A stretch of 63,919 nt of DNA, filler included, from Octopus bimaculoides (Eukaryota): the NCBI RefSeq assembly GCF_001194135.2. It is 7 parts of 7 records of this genome, joined end to end, with 100 filler letters (N's around TTAATTAATTAA, not from the genome) between each part and the next. Parts side by side here need not be neighbours in the genome. Positions count along the whole stretch, not along the records: positions 13,098 to 28,966 come from NC_069007.1; positions 29,067 to 52,721 come from NC_069010.1; 5 more parts are not named here. The stretch is one strand, 5' to 3'. The notes under the pieces are model-generated. The model had not been told where the DNA came from. It was given only the letters and a program-made list of their open reading frames with translations, and did not search any database. The position numbers and the translations under genes were made by a program. Positions 24,873 through 37,100 of this stretch are shown piece after piece (the first letter of the stretch is position 1; each line of letters starts with the position of its first letter).

Positions 24873-24909
<37 letters not shown>

Positions 24910-24932
24910 GGATAAAATCTTTATAAGAATTT

Positions 24933-24966
<34 letters not shown>

Positions 24967-25508
24967 NNNNNNNNNNNNNNNNNNNNNNNNNNNNNNNNNN
25001 NNNNNNNNNNNNNNNNNNNNNNNNNNNNNNNNNNNNNNNNNNNNNNNNNNNNNNNNNNNNNNNNNNNNNNNNNNNNNNNNNNNNNNNNNNNNNNNNNNNN
25101 NNNNNNNNNNNNNNNNNNNNNNNNNNNNNNNNNNNNNNNNNNNNNNNNNNNNNNNNNNNNNNNNNNNNNNNNNNNNNNNNNNNNNNNNNNNNNNNNNNNN
25201 NNNNNNNNNNNNNNNNNNNNNNNNNNNNNNNNNNNNNNNNNNNNNNNNNNNNNNNNNNNNNNNNNNNNNNNNNNNNNNNNNNNNNNNNNNNNNNNNNNNN
25301 NNNNNNNNNNNNNNNNNNNNNNNNNNNNNNNNNNNNNNNNNNNNNNNNNNNNNNNNNNNNNNNNNNNNNNNNNNNNNNNNNNNNNNNNNNNNNNNNNNNN
25401 NNNNNNNNNNNNNNNNNNNNNNNNNNNNNNNNNNNNNNNNNNNNNNNNNNNNNNNNNNNNNNNNNNNNNNNNNNNNNNNNNNNNNNNNNNNNNNNNNNNN
25501 NNNNNNNN

Positions 25509-25564
25509 CTACCATAATAAACACATTGTACTTTGTGTTCGGTACAATGTGTTTATTATGGTAG
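25509..25564. repeat. Perfect 23-bp inverted repeat with a 10-nt loop
   Basis: ctaccataataaacacattgtac-tttgtgttcg-gtacaatgtgtttattatggtag, starting at the edge of an N-gap. Confidence 0.9.
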
Positions 25565-26271
25565 TTTTGACTTTAAGAGTCCCTCCTAGCATGAGGCATA
25601 TATGTATAGTAATGCCCTTAATATAAATATATATATATATATATATTTATATGTATATATGCTGGTGGTTAGGTATGTATGAATATGTATGTATAGTATG
25701 GTGCACCAGCATGACCGCAGCCACTTGGCTGAAACACATAAATAAATAAATAAATAAATAGTATCAGGATTAAAGCAGTGAAATGGCAGAATCGTTAGCA
25801 TGCTGGACAAAATGTCTTGTGGCATTTTGTCTGTCTTTATGTTCTGAGTTCAAATTCCCCTGAGGTCGACTTTGCCTTTCTTCCTTTCACAGTCGATAAA
25901 TCGAGTACTAGTCGGACACTGGGACCAATGTAATCAACGATCCCCCTCCCCCAAATTTCAGGCCTTGTGCCTATAGTAGAAAGCATTTTTGTTGTTGTTG
26001 TTGTTATTGTTGTTGTTGTTGGTGGTGGTGTTAATGCAGCAATCTGGCAGAGTTGTTGGCATGCTTGGCAAAATGCTTTGCAGCATTTTGTCCATCCTTA
26101 CATTCTGAGTTCAAATTCCATAAAGGTCGACTTTGCCTTTCGTCCTTTCATGGGGGGAGGGTTGATAAATTAAGTACCACTTGCATACTGGGGTCAATCA
26201 AATCGACTGGCCCTTTCCCCCAAAATTTCAGGCCTTGTGCCTAGAGTAGAAAAGATTATCATCATCATCAG

Positions 26272-26304
<33 letters not shown>

Positions 26305-26956
26305 CATCATCATTATTATATTTACAATCGACACTATTATAACTGACTTTAACAGCAACACAACCAATTATAAATGCAAAATAAACAGACATTTCTACAT
26401 TTCAATGCATTTCTATAGAAAACTAAACACCACGTGGAAAGACTTCCAAAATACCAGGACACTTGTAGTGAATGGCCTGATAACAAAAACAGGTTATCAC
26501 CTGATTACCAAATGTCTGTCTGTCTGTCTGAATATCTGTCTGTATATGTCTGTGTGTCTGTTCTCTGTCAGTCTATCTGTTTGTCTCTATGTATGCCATC
26601 ATTCAGTTTTCTTTCAAGATTTCTTTCCAATAGAGAAAGATCCGGCTTCTAACCTAGATCCAAGGTTCCTTCGTTGGAATTTCAACATCAACAACAGGGT
26701 ATTTTTACGTGTAGGTGTGTATATGTGCAGTATTTGGAATCGGTGCATGTGCAGATTTGTACGTCTTGTATGTATTCTCATGCATATGGTTGCATGTCTA
26801 CACATGCATATATAGACTTAAATGATGAACTTCTGGAAAATTTTACAAATTTTTAAGGTTCCACTGATGGTTTGGATCTGTAGTCTTCAAATTAGCTTTC
26901 TTCTTTCCGGGCATTGAGAAGCCTAATTTTTCATAATTGGTATTCACACACACACA

Positions 26957-26995
<39 letters not shown>

Positions 26996-27274
26996 TGGGC
27001 TTCTTTCAGTTTCCATCTACCAAATCCACTCACAAAGTTTTGGTCATCCTGAAGCTATACTAGAAAGACACTTGCCCAAGGTGCCACACTGGGATTGAAC
27101 TCAGAGCCATGTGGTTGGGAAGAAAATTCCTTACCACACAGCCACATGTATGTTTTTACTGTCTCTCTATTGCTTCCTTCTTACACAGGTTTCATAATTC
27201 CTGGATCTGTGTCATTTCTTGATGGGGCACTGGCAGAATCATAGGAGCATTGGAAAAAATGCTATGCAGGGTTT

Positions 27275-28020
27275 GTTCCTGCTATCACAGGGAAATACAA
27301 AATCAATGATCTTGAGGGCGTTGAGCTGGCGGAATCGTTAGCACACCGGGCGAAATACTTAGCGGTATTTCATCTGCCGTTACGTTCTGAGTTCAAATTC
27401 CGCTGAGGTCGACTTTGCCTTTCATCCTTTCAGGGTCGATAAATTAAGTACCAGTTACTCACTGGGGTCGATGTAATTGACTTAATCCCTTTGTCTGTCC
27501 TTGTTTGTCCCCTCTATGTTTAGCCCCCTCTAATGGGCAATAAAGAAATAACAAAATCAATGATCTTACACTCTTTGTTTATTTTGTCTTCTATGATCAG
27601 ATCTGGTTTTCTTGCTTCCGTGGTATGGTAAGTTTTATTATGAAAAATCCCACAAGATCTTATAATTATCATTTTCCATCACAGCTTCTGGTTCGTGTTC
27701 ATATCACTATTCTGTTGTTTTGAAGCCACACACTCATTTAACATCTCAATGTCACTCTTTTGCCTACACAGTCACATCGGCGCTAAAACTATTTTTGTGT
27801 TTGAATACTACTCTCACTCAAGTGATTAATACTTTCGTCTCTTTTCCTGCAGATTCTAAATTTTCTGTCAGACTGAGTTTTGTCAATCATCGTCTTTATC
27901 AAGTTTGTCCTAATAACTTGTTCCCGAAGAACTATAATTAGCATTTCTGCCTCTCATTTCCATTTCAAGTTCCTGTCCACTAACCAGAGTCAACGATCTT
28001 TACTTTCAACATTCTTGATT
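27275..28020 (-). mobile_element. R4/Dong-like non-LTR retrotransposon remnant (zinc knuckle plus restriction-like endonuclease), split by a SINE
   Basis: Minus-strand remnants IDKTQSDRKFRICRKRDESINHL, EHEPEAVMENDNYKILWDF, TEARKPDLIIEDKINKECKIIDF, resuming VFPCDSR beyond the SINE. Confidence 0.8.
27314..27550 (+). mobile_element. Full-length SINE family B with a 17-bp target-site duplication
   Basis: Perfect TSD acaaaatcaatgatctt at 27297-27313 and 27551-27567; tail aataaagaaata. Confidence 0.92.
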
Positions 28021-28247
28021 TTGGGGTTGTGAGCTGGCAGAATTGTTAGCATGGCAGACAAAATGCTTGGCTGCATCTTTATGTTCTGAGTTCAAATTCC
28101 ACTGAAGTTGACTTTGGTCTTCATCTTTTCAAGATCGATAAAATAAGTACCAGTTGATCACTGGGTTCAATGTAATTGACTAGCTCCACTCCCACCAAAT
28201 TTTTGGCCTTGTTCCTATAGTACAAAGGATTATTATTATTATTATTA

Positions 28248-28608
28248 TTACCTCTGCCTTAGCGAAGGCACAGGTATTGTTTTCAATTGTGTTTGTTTGT
28301 TTTTCCATGGACAAGATATCTCAAGAACCGTTGGATGGATTCAGATGAAACTTTCAGAGATGTTTGGCCTCATGACTGGCATGAACTGATTAGATTTTGG
28401 GATCGATTGGTTACTGGACAAGGCTTCTGGATTATTTTCCTGTTTTTTTACTTAATTTTTGAGTGCGGTTGGGTTCATTTTTAGCATTCTCATTTGTGAG
28501 AGCAGTTGAGATTATTTCAGATATTCTCATTTTAAAAATCATCTCTGGCTAATCGCTGAGAGGACGTTAATGTTGCCTTGGTGCAGGTTTGCGCTCTCTG
28601 AGTGCTCT
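28248..28608 (+). mobile_element. Helentron-associated (HINE/DINE-like) non-autonomous element
   Basis: 5' ttacctctgcc with a short hairpin, 3' gccttggtgcaggt followed by hairpin gcgctctctgagtgc; inserted in a (TAT)n run. Confidence 0.65.
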
Positions 28609-28837
28609 TATTATTATTATTATTATTATTATTGTTAACATGGTGAGCTGGCAGAAACATTAGCATTGCCAGATAAAATGCTTAGTGGTATTCCATCTAC
28701 CTCTACATTCTGAGTTCAAATTTTGCTGAGGTCAACTTTGCCTTTCATTCTTTTGGGGTTGATAAATAAGTACCACTGGGGTCAATGTAATCAACTTACT
28801 CCCTCCCTCAAAACTCCTGGCCTTGTGTCAAAATTTG

Positions 28838-28910
<73 letters not shown>

Positions 28911-29094
28911 GGCAGCGAGCCTGGCAGAATTGTTAGCACGCCAGGTGAAATGCTTAGCTGTATTTCNNNNNNNNNNNNNNNNNNNNNNNNNNNNNNNNNN
29001 NNNNNNNNNNTTAATTAATTAANNNNNNNNNNNNNNNNNNNNNNNNNNNNNNNNNNNNNNNNNNNNTATATATATATATATATATATATATCTG

Positions 29095-29458
29095 TTTTAC
29101 CTTTCACTTTTTTCAGTCATTAGGCTGTAGTCCTATTGGAGCACCTCCTTGAAGAATATTTTATCGAATGAATCCACCCCAATATTTATTTTTTTTAAAC
29201 CTGGTACTTATTCTATTGGTTTCTTTTTGCCGAGCAGCTTGGTTACGGGAACGTAAACAAATCAACACCGGTTGTCAAGTTGTGAAAGGGACACACATAT
29301 ACACGATAGGCTTATTTCAGTTTTCATCTACCAAATCCACTCATAAGGCTTTGGTCAGACCAAGACTACAGTGGAAGACAATTGCTCAAAGCGTCACGCA
29401 GTGGGACTGAACCTGGAATCATGTAGTTGGGAAGCAAGCTTACCATACAGCCACGCCT
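29095..29458 (-). mobile_element. SINE family A; other copies ~26990-27145, 46500-47190, 50360-50800, 51715-51830, 54700-54885, 56938-57085, 61095-61280, 63345-63530
   Basis: Reverse complement of the 54275-54695 type, ending cagccacgcct. Confidence 0.85.
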
Positions 29459-30211
29459 GAGTGGTCGATCGGCATGCTAGATATAGCAACCGAAATCTCT
29501 CGCACTCCAGTTTAGTTGGTGTTTAATTCCCGTTGAGCTCTGATCCAGCAGACTAACATTTCTGCTTACTATCATGGTTTCAATTCTCAAACCAGGCAGT
29601 GCTTTGTGTTCTTGAGCAAAATATTTCCATCCATTCAGCTGTAAACGTCCATTCATCGTTTAACGTCCGCTTTCCATGCTAGCATGGGTCGGACGATTTG
29701 ACTGAGGACTGGTGAAACTAGAAGGCTACACCAGGCTCCAATCTGATCTGGCAGAGTTTCTACAGCTGGATGCCCTTCCTAACGCCAACCACTCAGAGAG
29801 TGTAGTGGGTGCTTTTACGTGTCACCCGCACGAAGGCCAGTCAGGCGGTACTGGCAACGGCCACGCTCAAAATGGTGTTTTTTGCATGCCACCTGCACAG
29901 GAGCCAGTCCAGGGGCACTGGCAACGATCTCGCTCAAATGTTTTTTCACATGCCACCGGCACGAGTGCCAGTAAGGCAATGCTGGTAACGATCATGCTCA
30001 AATGGTGCTATTTATGTTCCACTGGCACAGAAGCCAGACAGCTAGTCACAAAATTTGTCTAGAGTTTTGTTCTTGCTTTTTGTAGGATTTTTGTTGCTTT
30101 TTTTGCATACCATTGATTTGTCATTATTTTTCTTGTTAGTGGTTTAGGCTTTTTCCTTTCTTTGAGCCATTTTGATACCAGCTTGCTTGAGGTCTTCCTT
30201 TCTTATTTTAA

Positions 30212-30414
30212 CCCTTTTGATACCAACCTACCCACGACCACCCTTTTTATTTTAAGCTGACCTAAATAAAAATTTCCAATCAAGCTTTCGTGTTAATTTA
30301 TGTCCATTTTAGCAGCTTAGTAATGACCAAGATATTTGAGTAAATTCTTTATTATTTCCAAATTTAATTGAAATAAAGACAGTGTATTTCTACAGAAATA
30401 TGGTAACAAAAGGG
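30212..30414. mobile_element. piggyBac-type MITE (203 bp); partial relative at ~23920-24030
   Basis: TTAA|cccttttgatacca .. tggtaacaaaaggg|TTAA. Confidence 0.8.
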
Positions 30415-30885
30415 TTAAAGTGATCTAAATTGAAATTTTATGCCAGTTTCTGTTCCAAACGCCATCTTAATGATCTTTTCTTAATGATCCTAATGATTTT
30501 TTCTGTTTTACTTGTTTCAGTTCTATGTTGAATCTAATCATTCTTCTATGGCAGCCTCAGATTGACCAATATCATGACTGAAATAATTAAAAGGTATGTA
30601 TCCTACCATAACTGACACACACCAGTGAGAGAGCTTTTAAGTGGTCAATTAACCTTCTAGAAATAACAGCTAAATTTCCCTCACATTTAATGTTTTTAAT
30701 CCCATGACATCATGATTTCACTTGGCTTGATGGGTCGGTCATTTGTCATTGTCTGTGTGAGGCCCAACACTTGAAGGTGCTTTGTTCTTGCTGCCGGCAT
30801 AGATGCTAGTTACACGACACCGGCATCGGCCACATTGCCTCTGTGAGGCCCAGTGGCTGTTTATCGGGCAAGTAGGCCATACCGT

Positions 30886-31272
30886 GGAGGTGCAATGGCC
30901 CAGTGGTTCGGGCAGTGCGGACTCGCGGTCTTAGGACCGCGGTTTCGATTCTCAGAACGGGCGTTGTGAGTGTTTATTGAGCGAAAACACCTGTAGCTCC
31001 ACAAGGCTCCGGCAGGGGATGGTGGCGAACCCTGCTATACTCTTCCACCACAACTTTCTCTCACTCTTTCTTCCTCTTTCTGTTGTACTTGTATTTCAAA
31101 GGGGTCAGCCTTGTCACTCTCTGTGTCACGCTGAATATCCCCGAGAACTACGTTAAGGGTACACGTGTCTGTGGAGTGCTCAGCCACTTGCACGTTAATT
31201 TCACGAGCAGGCTGTTCCGTCGATCGGATCAACTGGAACACTCGTCGTCGTCGTAACCGACGGAGTGCCAAC
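30886..31272 (+). mobile_element. Full-length SINE family C; minus-strand copy ~53265-53503, partial ~55950-56190
   Basis: tRNA-like head gcaatggcccagtggtt..ggtttcgattc, body gagtgctcagccacttgcacgttaatttcacgagcaggctgttccg, tail cggagtgccaac. Confidence 0.85.
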
Positions 31273-31933
31273 AAGGCCATACCAACATTAACTGTCTGTG
31301 ATGGACCAGAAGAATTAGCTGAATGTGTACAAATTTGATAGGAAGACACAGAGGAAACGTTGGTGTGACAGCAGTTTTTATACTCGACCTTGGCTGGATT
31401 TGAACTCAGAACGTTCAAACACACAAAATACCCAGCATTCTAATGATTTTGCGAGCGTGAAGCCTAAGATATTGTAGCAGAGGTAGAGAACTTGAATAAA
31501 AAAAAGATAAGGTCACAGCTGAACTGCTTTCTATCATAGATTAACTGGACCTATGCTAACTTACACATAAATAACTCGTTAAGATATAAATCATAATTTC
31601 AGTTTCTTCATAAAATATCTCCCCTTGACAGGTGAAAGTTTAAAAAATCATTACAAACACCGTTATTTATTCTGCAGTCATATATTTATTGCATGCTTCC
31701 TCTGTACCATTAATTGCAGATCTATGTGGATAATGGTTGGTTTTGGTTTTGCACTGTCTCCATGTAATGTGCATTATACTTTTGTATATAGTTTAGAAGC
31801 AGAGACAGGTGAGGGAACAACAAGCAAGGTGTATTAGTTTGATGCTCAGGAAAAGTGATTTGAGCCTACTCCTTTCTACAGAAAGGAATATATATATTAT
31901 ATATCTATATATATATCTATATCTATCTATCTA

Positions 31934-31980
<47 letters not shown>

Positions 31981-32737
31981 NNNNNNNNNNNNNNNNNNNN
32001 NNNNNNNNNNNNNNNNNNNNNNNNNNNNNNNNNNNNNNNNNNNNNNNNNNNNNNNNNNNNNNNNNNNNNNNNNNNNNNNNNNNNNNNNNNNNNNNNNNNN
32101 NNNNNNNNNNNNNNNNNNNNNNNNNNNNNNNNNNNNNNNNNNNNNNNNNNNNNNNNNNNNNNNNNNNNNNNNNNNNNNNNNNNNNNNNNNNNNNNNNNNN
32201 NNNNNNNNNNNNNNNNNNNNNNNNNNNNNNNNNNNNNNNNNNNNNNNNNNNNNNNNNNNNNNNNNNNNNNNNNNNNNNNNNNNNNNNNNNNNNNNNNNNN
32301 NNNNNNNNNNNNNNNNNNNNNNNNNNNNNNNNNNNNNNNNNNNNNATATATATATATATATATATAATAATACAGGGTAAAATCAATAATGATTTTACCA
32401 GGTAGCCAGTGCGGAAAATAAAAAAATAAAATCCTTTTAGGTAAATTTTACGGATTATTTTATAATTATATACATAATTATAACAAAGGGTCAGCTTAAA
32501 GCATCACCTTGTGCTGCTAGAAATAGATGTTAAAGTCTTTTTCTATTACCTTAAAATCTCCGAGAAAAACACACTTAATGTGGGCAAGTGAAAGAAGTAT
32601 GTATATATATATGTGTGTGTGTGTATGTATCTGTGTGTGTATGAGCCTGGTGTTGCCATCCGGTTTCACCAGTCCTCAGTCAAATCGTCCAACCCATGCT
32701 AGCATGGAAAGTGGACGTTAAACGATGATGATGATGA

Positions 32738-32778
<41 letters not shown>

Positions 32779-33413
32779 CACACACACATACACATTTCAC
32801 AGAATACAGTGTCAAAGTGGCTTATTATTTCTGACTGGAAAAACAGCCAATTATGTTAAGTGTTATGCATTCATTATGTCCTGATTGCAAAGAGAAGCAA
32901 CAGGTTGCTTGGCTCCCGTTTTAGGTGAAACCCCATCATGTAAGAATTCAAAGAGAGTGAAACAGCTTGAATTCATTTTTATGCAGCCAAAATGGCTGCC
33001 ACAACATTGTTCTGTGTTTGATAGATCTGAATGAAATGCAAAAGTCACTTAAATGTCACCTGTTTCAGAAGGGCCTAATCCACTAAGTTTGTGTTTATGC
33101 ATGTGTAATCATGGCACAATATACATGTTAGATGAGCGTCGACAGGACAAACGGTACAATAGCATATATGCTTCTACATTCAGAACATTTGATTCCCGAG
33201 ACTGTAGCTGCATATGTAAGTAAACTGATTGTTGTGTAATATTGTGCTGGACTGGCTCTTGTGCAGGTGGCACGTAAAAAAACACCATTTTGAGTGTGGC
33301 CGTTGCCAGTACCACCGGACTGGCCCTCGTGCCGGTGGCATGTAAAAGCACCCACTATAAGCAATTTTGAGAGAGGTATTAAGGCTAGACAAAAGAGGAG
33401 TGGTGATAGTAAG

Positions 33414-33448
<35 letters not shown>

Positions 33449-33625
33449 GTTGTTGTTTAATTTCTTCCCTAGGTATATTGCTGTGATGATGATGTGGTAG
33501 TAAGAAGCAAAGATGGCTTAACAATAACAACAGCCACGACAAATGAACAGAAACTTCACTCCGTCTCACCACCTGTGCTAACGAGCAAAAGCACAAAGTC
33601 CACACCTTTAATGAAATTGCATTAA

Positions 33626-33844
33626 CCCTTTAGCATTTAAACCATTCATATCTGGTTCACATATTCTACCTGCTTATGTTCAAACTGGCCTGATCCAGCC
33701 TCTCATGTCCATCCTACAATGTCATTCTAAAAACGAACGGTCCTATCATTGAAATGACGAAAGTACAAGAAAATTCATGATAAATTCAAACCAATATGGA
33801 TAGATTGGCTTTACGCTCGACAGATTAATCTGAAGGCTAAAGGG
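33626..33844. mobile_element. piggyBac-type MITE followed by a partial second copy
   Basis: TTAA|ccctttagc .. gctaaaggg|CTAA; the internal segment recurs at ~33850-33935. Confidence 0.6.
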
Positions 33845-34147
33845 CTAACTCTTTTGCATCTAAACCAGCCATATCTGGTCTCTTACACTTACCCTGTAAT
33901 GTCATTCTCAAAATATACAACCACATCATTGAAAATGGCGTGAATGATTAATTACATTTGACTAATTTGAATGCTAAAATGTTAATGAAATACTGAAAAA
34001 AAAATGTATGGTATTGTATGCTTTATAAAACATACATTTGAACACTCGTATATTCTGAATATTTAGCAAAACATTTAGTATTCCATCGGGCAGTGTACTC
34101 TTATACAAGTACATGTTATAATAATAATAATAATAACTACAGCAACA

Positions 34148-37100
34148 ATGAGAAGCACTCTTGTCGACCCACGCGCATTCAAGTGTCCGCACTGCAGCAA
34201 AAGCTTTCACTGCTCCAGTCACTTGACCACCCATGTGAGGACGCACACCGGTGAGAGACCTTACAAGTGCGGCCAGTGTCCGAAGTCGTTTGCGCTACTT
34301 GGCAACCTGACGGCGCACGTGCGCACCCACACGGGCGAAAAGCCGTACAGCTGTAAGTTCTGCACCAAGTCGTTCACGCAGTCGACCAACCTGAATGTCC
34401 ACATGCGGGTGCACACTGGAGAGCGGCCGTACAAGTGTGAGCGATGCCAAAAAGCCTTCAAGACAAGCGGTGCACTCAACGGCCATGTGAAGTCCTGCTA
34501 CAAGATTGTGCGACGGTTTGCAGCTCCTGTTTTACGACAGAATAACACCAGTGGTAGTGCACTTGGTGCATCTTATGCAGGGCGCTCAGCCACCACTTCC
34601 AGCATGGTTCGTAATACTGAGAAACTACTACCAGCTATGAGCATGCAACGTATTCTTCCTAGTGATTCATCATTGAAACCATCTGTGTCTGTTTCCAGTG
34701 AGACCAGTTCTAGTTCGTTATCATATAGCAACAGTAGCTTGTTTAATTACCGTAGGAGAAAGATCTCTGACATTATTGCCAAGAAGCGATTCGGTGGAGC
34801 ACCAACAGTGTCAATGTGTAAGCCTTTGAATGTTAGCTCTGTAACTCGAAATTGTGGTTCTACAAGCAATACTCAAGGTACTGCAGAAAACAAACCGTCT
34901 TGTGTGAACTTGAACACACTTAAGCAAGAAGCCACACCTAGTCTTACCCCTGTAAATGGTATTTTTGAAAGCCGCCAACATAGTAAGTCAGGATTCCCTA
35001 GAGAATCTCTCAAAGATGGCAGTAATATGGTGGCAGCAACAACAGCAGCTGTATCTTCTAAGTTATTGGAGAGGGAGATGATCTCTGAGGATCAAAACTT
35101 TAATATTTATGATGATATTCACAAGTCTACTTCTAATGAAACACAACAAACCCCTACAATCACTGCAGCCAACAGCTTTGAAGATAGCAAAGATTTCCTA
35201 GTTTCGCCAGCAGGTTTCTCGCAGCAACCTACCATCCATTCCAATGGGGACAGCCTTACAGTGGATTTCAATTCGCTGGTGTCTTTATCAGAGATTTCTC
35301 AAGACAAAATTGAGGATGTCTTTTATCAGCAGAGCCACAGACAAACGGGAGGCGCAGCAGCGCAGTTCAGCCAAAGTGGAATTGTCGATAGCCAGCCTCT
35401 TGAGTCGAAGTCAGCAGAAAGACATTTGCCAGAGAACGGTGGGGCATCTTGTCCTCAACAAGATAGGAGGAGCAGTGATGGGACTAACTATGGTACTGTT
35501 CCCAGAAATACACTATCCAGAAGCAATGCTCAGACTGGTCGTGAGAGGAACATCCCTTTGACCACACGATCACACCAGAAACTTCCAAGATCTACTCACA
35601 GTTCTGACAAACTTAACTTCTGTAGAATACAATCACCATTTCTTACAGATGCTATGGCACTGTCCAGTGACAGATCTGTTCCAAGTTTAGCTCATTCTTC
35701 ACCTGGCTCAGCTAATTCATGTCTGGCTTTTCTGGAAGTTTCTACTTACACCCAGATCTTTAAATGTAAACTTTGCAATTTGGTCTTTGAAACGAAAGAT
35801 GATTTTCTCCACCACACACCTCTCCACGAGGATGATGAGCTGCTTGTCTGCAAATTCTGTGAAATGGATTTTAAAACCCCCCTGGATCTTGTCCTTCATC
35901 AGAAAGACCACAATCTACCGGAACAGCTTTGTGAACTCTGCGACCAAATGGTTTTATCAACACGCTTCGCTGCTCACTTGAATCTACATGCAACTGCAAT
36001 GAAACGAACAGCACAAGAGACCAGAATTTTTTGGTGCCATTTCTGTGATAAATCTTTCATAGACCAATCATATCTTGATCTTCATTTGCGAGTGCACTCA
36101 ATACAGAAACCCTTGCATTTCAGCTCGTCTGAACAATTACAGTCGAAAACTCACCGTCAGCATAGGAAACCCCTTCATGAAAAACCCTTGAAATCTTTTA
36201 AGTGTCCGTATTGTCAGAAGAAATTCCATTATTCTAAAAACCTCATCGCACACATGCATTCCCATTCCGTTCAGCGTTTATACAAGTGTAAGAAATGTTC
36301 AAGAGTCCTTAGAACTGTCCAACGTTTTAATATTCATCAGAAAATCTGTCCAAAGAAATATCGGCACCATTCCAAGAAAACTGCACCATTTAGTCTCTCA
36401 AAAATAACATCATGGCAAAACAGTTGCAGCAATGATGGTACCAACAACCACCTTCCAGAACATTCCATCAGAAATAGTACTGCTGTAGTTTTTAAGCAAA
36501 ATATAACCGAAAACATGGAAGTGTCTCAAAGCCCTGATTCTGTGATAGGAGATAAACTAGAGAGTGTAGAATGCTTTCAGGAGAATACACAGGTTCCATG
36601 TGCTGATGATGGCACTGACAATGGTCTGCAAAACACTGACGATGTCCAGTCACCTTTGCAGGAGTTTGTTGAAGGTCAGGTGGTGAAAGAAAGAGATGTT
36701 GACCAAAGTGTCAATTCAGACAAAGTGTTGTTGAGGTGTTTATGTTGTCAGATGAATTTCTCATCTAAGTTGTTGCTCTTACAACACATCAGCAGCCAGC
36801 ACAGCTCAGAGGACCAATGTCAGTCCTGTGGAACCCCTTTGGATGTTGATAATGAGCTGGTTAGTCATATTAACTGCTACACCACTTCGACAAGCATTTA
36901 CAGAAACTGCAGATACTGTCCAGAAGTGTTTTCTGATAATGGTAGTTTCCAAAGTCATTTGGCTGCTGTACACAAAATGCACACTGATGCCCAAGAACAC
37001 GATGATGAAGTTGTAGATGTTGACCCCTCCAGTGAAGAAGTTACTAGTGTTGACCTCGAAAGTGCTCCCAGTTCAGGGATCGGTTTTGTAAACTGCATTG

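Noticed and set aside
30886-30960. tRNA-like sequence as a tRNA gene (also the heads of SINE families A and B)
   Set aside because: No complete cloverleaf seen; each continues into a multi-copy SINE body.
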